Shown piece by piece: positions 53,474 through 64,000 of a DNA stretch of 64,000 bases. Position 1 is the stretch's first letter; every line of letters begins with the position of its first letter. The DNA lies in NCBI RefSeq assembly GCF_006345805.1, contig NC_043014.1, positions 46,748,001 to 46,812,000 of the forward strand, given 5' to 3'. A model generated the notes under the pieces. It had not been told where the DNA came from, made no database searches, and saw only the letters and a list, made by a program, of their open reading frames with translations. Made by a program: the position numbers and the translations under genes. This stretch comes from Octopus sinensis. Its lineage: Eukaryota.

Positions 53474-53779
53474 CCTCATATTTTTTTTTATTTATATTCT
53501 TGGTTTTTTTTTTGTTGTTCTAGTTAAGTTTTCTTTGCTCAGTATTCTGCAGGTATTCTAGAGTTTGTATTTGACATGGTTTGTTAGTTTTGTTCATCGG
53601 CAAACTTGTAGAAACACTTTATTTCCAACCTATGACCATCCGGATTTTCACTTCGACAAATTACTTTAGGACCACATTATAGAATGTGCCCTTCCTTTTG
53701 TGTCCTGGAGGGGTCAGTTCAAGTCAATGGGATTTGTTCTCAAAATGACATCCAGTGACATGACTTATAGATGGATATT

Positions 53780-54515
<736 letters not shown>

Positions 54516-55329
54516 GTTTCTACGCTATTTTGGAACATTCTAGAAGATGGCAGAAATATTGTGATCCATAAACTTGGATGTTTTAAATTCTACACTTTGG
54601 CACGTTCTAGCAGAGAGCAGCTAAGTGACAAAGAAACAGGGAGCAAACATTGTGTAAGGGGGAGAGAGAAGGGGAAGAAGGGTAATGAAGAAGGATGACA
54701 ATAGAATGAAGGAGAAGGAGAGAGGAGGAGGGAAGGAGAGAGGGAGGGTGATCAGAAAAAGGAAGAAGAGGAAAAGTGGGAGTGATAGTGATAGTGAAAG
54801 TATAGCAGTGAAAGTGAGGTAGTAATGAGAGAGGGGAGAGGTAAGGGTGGAAAATGTGGTGGTGGTAAGAGGAGAATTAAGAAGAATGGGAGTGTAAGGG
54901 AAGGCGTAAGAGGGGGAGTGGTAAGAGTGATGGAAATAAGAGAGAAAAGTGGTAGGAGGAAGGAAAAAAAGAGTTTAAGAGTGAAATAAAGATTGATCAA
55001 TGTTCGATAACCAATCATTGTTCAGTGATGGTGGTCATTTGTATTGAGCTTGCCTAATCTAATTATTTCTGGTAAATTTAAGGAACTCTATTCTCGCTTC
55101 CTCTTTCTCTCCCTCTCTCTCACACACACATTACACATGCACACACACACACATATTCTTTCTCTTTCTCCGCATTTCTTTCTTTCTTTCTTTCTCTTTT
55201 TTTTCTTTATTTTCTCCCAATATTGCAGGAAAGGAGTTTATTTATTTATTTATTTATCAGCTTTCTTCTAGAAGTTTCCCAAAAGAATTGCGAAGCAGGA
55301 TGAAGTCAAATATTAGCTGGAGGATTAAT

Positions 55330-55345
55330 AACAACAACACCAGAA

Positions 55346-55377
<32 letters not shown>

Positions 55378-55518
55378 CAACAACAACAATAAAAACAAAT
55401 AACAATAATAGCAACATTGAATAATAGCAATAACAGTAAATACTACATCAATAATAATAATAATAATAATATTAATAATAATAAATAATAAATAATAATA
55501 ATAATAATAGTAATAATA

Positions 55519-55566
<48 letters not shown>

Positions 55567-55613
55567 TAATAATAATAGTAATAATAGTAATAATAAATAA
55601 TAATAGTAATAAT

Positions 55614-55646
<33 letters not shown>

Positions 55647-55737
55647 AAGAAATAATAATAAATAATAAATAATAATGATAAAAATAATATTAAGAATAAT
55701 AAATAATAATAATAATAATATAATAATAATAATAATA

Positions 55738-55778
<41 letters not shown>

Positions 55779-55790
55779 CAAATAAATAAT
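55330..55790. repeat. (AAT)n block
   Basis: Directly visible. Confidence 0.95.
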
Positions 55791-56300
55791 AATACAGTTG
55801 TAGATTTGTGGGAGAAGGATGAGAAGTGGGAAAAAATGGAATCATTGAAGTGTGGAACTGTGTAGAAAAGAGATTCCAATGTGATGTGGTTCACTTCCTT
55901 AGTTTGTTTTCATCTCACAAAGCCAGTCTTGCATGAAGTTTTGCTACATTTCTACACATTCCAGATTAGACACCAAAATATCTTGGGAATAATAACAAGA
56001 GACATGTATATATATATATATATATATAAATATTTATATGTATGTCTATATGTATATATTTATATACACGCCCATACGCACTTAGAAAATTTGTATTTTG
56101 ATGTTTTTCGATACAAAGCAATCTGGTACAATTTATTGGTGTGTATATAAGAATAATGTGTGTGTGTGTGTGTGTGCGTGTGTGTGTGTGTGTGTGTATT
56201 TATACACACACATGCATATGTATACTTGTTTGACAAGTGCTAATGCAAGCAAGTCTCAGCCCTTGAGTTACTCTGTTGCTTCTGCTAAATATTAATAAAA

Positions 56301-56339
<39 letters not shown>

Positions 56340-56340
<1 letters not shown>

Positions 56341-56955
56341 GGGCAGGGGCAGTTCCACATAGCCCCTTCCCATTCAAAGTACCCTGGATTCCAGAACGTC
56401 CCGCTGTGCTTGAGGAGACCTGTTGAGTCAAGTATATGAACATGAATATCGAAATAAATATCAATGGAAATAGTAGTTGTGATACCTGTGCCGGTGGCAC
56501 ATAAAAAGCACCATCCGAACGTGGGCATTGCCAGCGCCGCCCTGACTGGCTTCTGTGCCAGTGGCACATAAAAAGCACCATCCGAACGTGGCCGTTGCCA
56601 GCACCGCCCTGACTGGCTTCTGTGCCAGTGGCACATAAAAAGCACCATCCGAACGTGGCCGTTGCCAGCGCCGCCTTTTCTGGCTCCCGTACCGGTGGCA
56701 CGTTAAAAGCTCCAACTGATCGTGGCCGATGCCGGACCCCGCTGGCACCTGTGCAGGTGGTACGTAAAAAGCACCCACTACACTTGCGGAGTGGTTGGCG
56801 TCAGGAAGGGCATCCTGCTGTAGAAACACTGCCAGATCAGACTAGAGCCTGGTGCAGCCTCCTGGCTTCCCAGACCCCGGTCGAACCGTCCAACCCGTGC
56901 TAGCGTGGAAAACGGACGTTAAACGATGATGATGATGATGATGATGATGATGATA
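56340..56955 (+). mobile_element. Retroposon family F with an internal 67-bp VNTR (56487-56775) and (GAT)n tail
   Basis: Units start at 56487, 56554, 56621, 56688. Confidence 0.85.
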
Positions 56956-57164
56956 TATATATATATATACTCATGTTCTGAGCTTAGTTTTCAGCATTTG
57001 GAATGTCAGCCTCAATGTATGTGGCTGAGCATTATCCTGATGGAAAAACAACTTTTGCCTTGAAACCAAAGATGGTCTTTTTTCTTCTAATGCTAACTTG
57101 AATGACTAGTTGAATGACCAAATCCAAGCTTCTCTGCTAGTACCTCAGCAGTTAAAAATAGTAA

Positions 57165-57492
57165 TAATGAAATTATTGTATACAGTGCTCAGGTGCACCA
57201 CAACTTGTCAAAAGTGCGTATAAAGCATATGCAGTAATGTACGAATGTCTGGAAAGTGAACAGTGTATGAGTCAGATACATGCTTGTGTGTGTATGGAGG
57301 GGAGAAAATCAGGTGTAGTGTTGGTGAATCTCAGGAAGCATGGAAGTTTTGAAGGATGCAGTGCTCCGACAACTTACAACTGATGCTGGCAGTTTGTTCC
57401 ATGCTTCAGCAACTCTGAGCGTGAAAAAATGTTTCCGAAAGTCTTGGGAGCTGTGCTGTTTTCTGACTTTGTAAACATGTCCACGGGTGTTA
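57165..57492 (-). mobile_element. CR1-clade 3' fragment
   Basis: NTRGHVYKVRKQHSSQDFRKHFFTLRVAEAWNKLPASVVSC. Confidence 0.85.
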
Positions 57493-57928
57493 GACGATGG
57501 GATTTTGTTCTGCCATGGGTTGCAGGACAACCTTATTGAGCTCTACAGATCTTCCAGGATGCTGCTTATCTCCTAGGCTGTAGTTTCCAGCTTGGAATTT
57601 CTGGAACCACCGTTGACACTAGCTTATGGTTATTGTCTGATCCCCTTATATTGCATTGATATTCCTCGCATTTTCCGTTGCATTGTTGCCTATATTGAAC
57701 TCGTAAAGCAAAATATGGTGAATATGTGCCTATGTCACTTCCGTCATAGCTTTGAAAAAATAACTGTTAAAATCGGACTGCACTCTTCGAAACTTGCACA
57801 AAGAATAAGGATAGGGTAAAATTACTACCAGCTTTTATAGCAAAATGATGCAGGTAGTTTATCCCATTCCCCTCCGACTTTTAGTTCATGCAATTAAAAA
57901 AACCACATTACTTATGGGATGACCCAAT
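57493..57928 (-). mobile_element. Mariner (Mos1/SETMAR-like) 5' end: TIR plus decayed transposase N-terminus
   Basis: TA + attgggtcatcccataagtaatgtggtttt TIR; 57747->57493 reads MTEVT*AHIHHILLYEFNIGNNATENARNINAI*GDQTITIS*CQRWFQKFQAGNYSLGDKQHPGRSVEL. Confidence 0.85.
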
Positions 57929-57943
57929 ATATATGTATGTATG

Positions 57944-58017
<74 letters not shown>

Positions 58018-58107
58018 ATATATATATATATATATACATATATACATATATATATATACATATATAAATTTACATACACACATATATATACACACATATA
58101 TATATAT

Positions 58108-58161
58108 GTTTGAAAATGGAGAGATCCAATGGATATCGATTGGATCTCTCCATTTTCAAAC
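58108..58161. repeat. Perfect 23-bp-stem hairpin next to (TA)n
   Basis: gtttgaaaatggagagatccaat-8 nt-attggatctctccattttcaaac. Confidence 0.9.
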
Positions 58162-58290
58162 TTAATAGTAATATTTGATATTTTATGATATTTTATATAT
58201 TCATTGAAGAAATATCTCTTCAAAATATAATATATTAAACAGTGTATCTTGGATAAAAGTATCCCTATAAGAGTTCTAAATATCCTCATA

Positions 58291-58335
<45 letters not shown>

Positions 58336-58368
58336 TATCACATACATATAAGAGGGATGACCACTATG

Positions 58369-58589
58369 TGGACATCCATTATGCTAGAAGTAGATCCGCT
58401 ATGGTCTTACCACTAAGAAAGGAATGATCTCAAGAAAATTTAGCAAACTAGTTTATGATTGATATATATTTTGTTTCTTTTCATTTGTCTTGCTCAGTTA
58501 CATTCTGGCGTTTACTAAATTTTCTTGAGAACATTCCTTTCTTAGTGGTAAGATCATAGCAGATCTACTTCTAGCATAATGGATGTCCA
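58369..58589. repeat. Fold-back element, ~80-bp arms
   Basis: 58369-58448 vs 58510-58589. Confidence 0.85.
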
Positions 58590-58703
58590 TGTTATATGTA
58601 TGTAATATAATTTTTCTGAATCTTCAGATTTTAATATGCTAGTCCACTGGTTTTAAATTGATATTAATTAATATTCAATTTTTCACCCTTATTATTTTAA
58701 ATT

Positions 58704-58735
<32 letters not shown>

Positions 58736-60476
58736 CACATGCACACACATACACATATATACATACATATATACATACACATATATACATACATACATAA
58801 TACATCCATCCATCCATACATACATACATACATACATATGAGTCTTCCATAGTAGTTTTCTCTCCATAACTTACAAAGCCTTTCTGGTTTGTTAACAAAA
58901 ATTAAATGTAGTATTAGACAGTAATTATATATTCATTAAATTTGACTGAAATTGATGGGTGAGCATTTGACCCATTCAGATGTGCATGGAACCATGTTAG
59001 CATTGATTTGTGAGCTTGATTCTGGCTGGAGTTAACTCATTATATTTCGGCAATTCAATTATATTTAAAAATTGCCACTTCGAATCAGAGAATATATATT
59101 ATTATGATATATTATTATACAAACTGGGGCTACAAACTACAGTAGCATCCACCCTTAGGGGTTAGCCATATTCAAATGGCAAATATACGTCATCGTGTGT
59201 TGCTGCTACTGTTTATAACTCGCTCTGAGATTTATCATTATTATTATACAGTTATATATATATTGAGACATGTGTGTGTGTGTGTGTGTGTGTGTGCATG
59301 TGTAAAATGTACATATAATGAGTCATGTGTTTTCGCTTGTAGGACTTGTCTTCATTTTGTTTTTGATTGAAACCTGGAACTTTCCAGATGAATGATACCA
59401 ACTATCCCAAGTGTCATAATCGTAATGCCTCTGCATAAGAGTCCCTCATCATTCTTTTGATTTTCATTTCTAGCGAACACAGTGATATTTTTCATCATAG
59501 CTGATATGTTTTCTCCCATTATGACTCACATTATCTTACTTTTGGTTTAATTTGCCTCCACACCCTTTCTCTATGTCAGTCTTGCTATTTTTCCCTCATT
59601 CAATCTTGCCCTTCTTTCTTTCTTTCTCTCTCTCTCTCTCTCTCTCTTGCGTGCCATCCACTCCTTTGTATCAGCCTTTTGTTTTGTTATCCATGCATGT
59701 CCAGTATTTATTTCTCTCTGTTCAGATTATACCCAAACAAAAGCGTTTTCATATCTTCTGTTTATACAAAAAACCTCCACTGCTTGTTTCTGTCTTAAAT
59801 CAAAAGGCATCCCTTTTGTTTAAATTCTATATCAGTTTATTCCTGATTTTTTGGACCAGTTTTTCATTCCTTTTCCATTTGTTTTCAGTCATAAGACTCC
59901 TTTCAACTTCATGTAAGACCTGTTTTGCTTTGATTTAACCCTGGCACTTTCCAGACGAATGATACCAAACTTTTCTAAGTGACAAAACTGTAATGACTCC
60001 AGATAAAAGCTGGCTGATTACATGAGTTTATTCATGTGTGTGTGTGCACACATGTGTGTGTAGGCAGAGGCATGGCTATAGGTGCACATATAGCTGTGTC
60101 GTAAATAGTTTGTTTCCCAATCATATGGTTCCAGGTTCAATCACACTGCATGGTACCTTGGGCAAGTGTCTTCTATCATCGCCTTAGGTTGACCAAAGTC
60201 TTGTGAGTGTATTTAGTAGACAGTAACTGAAAGAAGCCCATGGTATATATATGTGTGTGTATGTGTGTGTGTGTGTGTACAATGTATTATTTTCTTGGTG
60301 TATGTAATGAAGGCAGAACCTGTTGCTATTTAACCAAACTATACTGCCAGTCATCACTCTCTCTCACACCTGTGCTTCTCCTAATTACCATCCTTCTCTC
60401 ATTTTCATCTTCATTCCTTATTTTCAATCATCCACCGCCCCCACCACTGTTGTTCTCTACATTCACCACCAATAAT

Positions 60477-60603
60477 ATTGTGTCTGGGGAGAGTCATTCT
60501 CTTTTAGATCCTTATTAATCAACACACTCACCGGTTTTATTTCCACCAGTGGGTGTGTTAGATAATAAGGCACCAAAAGAGAATGACTCTCCCCAGACAC
60601 AAT
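60477..60603. repeat. Fold-back element, ~58-bp arms
   Basis: attgtgtctggggagagtcattctctttt vs its reverse complement. Confidence 0.85.
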
Positions 60604-60818
60604 AAAACATGCTTCAATACACGAATTCACATAAAGAATCTTACAACCAAAATACAAAAACGCAATATATATATATATATAAATTGCAAAGATAATCTAG
60701 AACTCTGAATGACCCGTCCTTGTTTTTTTTGTATTGTCTGTTTGGATGTTTTGTTGTCCCTTTTTTGTTTCATCTAATTGTCTGGATGTTTTGCATTCTT
60801 GTCCCACTTTTAGTATTC

Positions 60819-60849
<31 letters not shown>

Positions 60850-61295
60850 CTCTTTTACTCTTTTACTTGTTTCTGTCATTTGACTGTGGCCATACTGGAG
60901 CACTGCCATTTAAGTCAAACAGATCGACCCCAGGACTTATTCTTTGTAAGCCTAGTACTTATTCTATCGGTCTCTTTTGCTGAACCGCTAAGTTACAGGG
61001 ATGTAAACATGCCAGCATCGGTTGTTAGGCGATGGTGGTGGGGGGGACAAACACAGACACACAAACATACACACACTCTCACACACAAAACACACACACA
61101 CACACACACACTCATATATACACGACGGGCTTCTTTCAGTTTCTGTCTACCAAATCAACTCACAAGGATTTTTGCTCGCCCAAGGCTATAATAGAAGACA
61201 CTTGCCCAAGGTGCCATGCAATGGGACTGAACCTGGAGCCATGTGGTTAGTAAACAAGCTACTTGTTACACAGCCACACAGCCATGCCTGCACCT
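60850..61295 (-). mobile_element. SINE family B
   Basis: Family match. Confidence 0.85.
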
Positions 61296-61667
61296 ATACA
61301 GCTGAATAAAATTATTGAAAATATGCACTTTTGCTTATGTATCCAGACTTTACAGACACCCTGACAACTGGAGTACTCATTGTTGAAAGTAATGTGGCAT
61401 CCATTAGCATTTATATTTGTATATCTTTGAGACAATGCAAGTATACACACAGATATACAACATTTATATAGATATATAACATGTATATATATATATCCCA
61501 GGTTGTGCCCCAGCATGGCCTCAGCCTCAAGGCTGAAGCATATAACAGAATAAAAGAACAAAAGAATATGCACATATATATATACACACATATATATATA
61601 TATGTATGTATGTATGCATATATGTGTATATATATGTATATATATATGTGTGTATATATATATTTAT

Positions 61668-61716
<49 letters not shown>

Positions 61717-61963
61717 CACAGAGTAACATGTGTATTTGCTTGTGTATATACAATTAATTATATTTGTATTTGCATACACACAAATACACATACACACCCA
61801 TGTATGTGTGTGTGTGTATGTATGTGTATACATGTGTGTGCGCGCACATATATAATGTGTGCGTGTATGTATACATATACTCGCTTGTACTACACGTGTT
61901 TGCATATACATATATTTTAGTATTTGCAGCATATATAAATACACAAATGTACATGTATGAATA

Positions 61964-62003
<40 letters not shown>

Positions 62004-62174
62004 TGTGTACATGAAACACACCAACAATAGGTACAACTTTGACAAACCAGATATTCAAGTGATCAGCTATCAATGAATTATTGATACTACATACAAAACT
62101 GTACAAGACACCATCACTAGCAATCAATAAGCTTATACCCATTATTATTATAATTATAATTATTATTATTATTA

Positions 62175-62210
<36 letters not shown>

Positions 62211-62241
62211 GTTATTATTATTATTATCATTATTATTATTA

Positions 62242-62296
<55 letters not shown>

Positions 62297-62309
62297 CATT
62301 ATTATATAA

Positions 62310-62457
62310 GGGTAAGTGGATTGGTAGAACCATTAGCATGTCAGATAAAATGCTTAGGAATATTTCTTCTTGGTTTATGTTCTGAGTTCAAATTCCACTG
62401 GTGTCGACTTTGTCTTTCATTGTTTCTGGGTCGATAAAATGAGCTCCAGTCAAGCAC

Positions 62458-62460
<3 letters not shown>
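62310..62460 (+). mobile_element. SINE family A, diverged
   Basis: Core match. Confidence 0.65.
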
Positions 62461-62502
<42 letters not shown>

Positions 62503-63039
62503 TTTTATATGCTTCAGCCTTGAGGCTGAGGCCATGCTGGGGCGCCACTAGTGATATATATATATATATACATGTTATGTATATCTATACATATGTTGTA
62601 TATTTGTGTGTATACTTGCAGTGTCTTAAAGATATACAAATAAAAGCACTGGAATTATTCCAGCCCTTAAAATGTTAGGCTTGGTGTCTTTAGTAGAAAG
62701 AATTGAAGATGGTAAACTGTCAAAATTGTTAGCATACCGGTCAGGATGTTTAGCGGCATTTCATTCTGATTTTGCATTCCGAGTTCAAATTCCACCAAGG
62801 TTGACTCTGCCTTTCATCATCATCATCATCATCATCATCATCGTCTAACCTTCCATCGTCTAACCTTCCAGGTTGGATGGCTTGACAAGAGCCAGCCAGT
62901 TATGAGCCTGCACCAGACTCCTGGGTCTGTTGCAGTAGGGTTTTTTTATGGCTGGATGCACTTCCTAACACCGAGCAGAAAAACGAAAATAGAGCACATC
63001 AAGAAAATGGTAGAGTTTTCAAAATTTGAAGAGAACATC

Positions 63040-63480
63040 ATCATCATCATCATCATTTTTTAACGTCTGCTTTCCATGCTAGCATGGGTTGGACGGTTCA
63101 ACTGGGGTCTGGGAAGCTCAAAGGCTGCACCAGGCCCAGTCAGATCTGGCAGTGTTTCTACAGCTGGATGCCCTTCCTAACGCCAACCACTCCGTGAGTG
63201 TAGTGGGTGCTTTTTATGTGCCACCGACACAGGTGCCAGACGAGGCTGGCGAACGGCCACGCTTGGATGGTGCTTTTTACATTAATTCACAGGAAGTGAA
63301 CAGCTGGTACATTAATGACACCACCCATGCATTACCAGACACTGGCTCTCGTGGTTTCTGATGTTAACTGATTGGAAGTGTTATCATGTACATGTTTTGT
63401 CTTGGTGTAAAAGATGGGCCATGGCAAATATTCAGCTCAATAACATAGATTTGCTTGTCAGTTGTTTGACTTTAACCAGT
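63040..63480 (-). mobile_element. Retroposon family F
   Basis: Reverse complement of 56700-56955 plus additional 5' sequence. Confidence 0.8.
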
Positions 63481-63539
63481 TTAGTGGCTGACAATATATG
63501 CATGTCTAATTACAAGCAGAAGTAGTGGTGGGGAGGCAT

Positions 63540-63710
63540 CATAGGCGTAGGAGTGGCTGTGTGGTAAGTAGCTTGCTAACCAACCACATGGTTCCGGGTT
63601 CAGTCCCACTGCGTGGCATCTTGGGCAAGTGCCTTCTACTATAGCCTTGGGCTGACCAAAACCTTGTGACTGGATTTGGTAGATGGAAACTGAAAGAAGC
63701 GTGTCGTATA
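63540..63710 (+). mobile_element. SINE family B, 5' half
   Basis: Ends in the (TA)n hub. Confidence 0.85.
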
Positions 63711-63731
63711 TATGCATATATACATATATAT

Positions 63732-63825
<94 letters not shown>

Positions 63826-64000
63826 ATATATGCATATATATATATATAAATATTATATATGTATAAGGATGAAAAGGAACACACGAGTTGATATATATGA
63901 AAAAACAAGTCACGATAGAAAATGCTAAAATAATTTTATAAAGAACATTTCAGTACCGGTTTCAGTCATTGAGACTTTTTCAACTGTAACAATTAAATAG

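Noticed and set aside
56487-56775. 67-bp repeats as a CRISPR array
   Set aside because: Whole units repeat with no distinct spacers; eukaryotic retroposon context.

Overview
Very AT-rich eukaryotic DNA packed with (TA)n/(CA)n/triplet/tetramer microsatellites and retroposon debris. The SINE families and microsatellite density are what I recognise from Octopus genomes (inference, not verified). No host protein-coding gene can be called; nearly all ORF-track entries are translations of simple repeats or SINEs. Identifiable content: about 45 copies of 5-6 tRNA-headed or related SINE families (my labels A-F); 3' remnants of a CR1-clade LINE; fragments of HERO/R4-type and Tx1/L1-type LINEs; decayed piggyBac and mariner transposases; a non-autonomous Helitron end; a 317-bp tandem array; a head-to-head CCGG-rich satellite; and a 100-N gap. 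The most interesting signal is a set of about 13 type I hammerhead-ribozyme-like motifs in short elements sitting in (TA)n tracts. They belong to several unrelated sequence families, often have the palindromic minimal stem III typical of Penelope-like elements, and repeatedly show core variants CUGUNGA and CCGANGA. They co-occur with about 12 unrelated fold-back (long inverted repeat) elements, several of which contain an intact, split or precisely deleted ribozyme core. All structures were folded by eye and repeat boundaries are approximate (about +/-10 bp).
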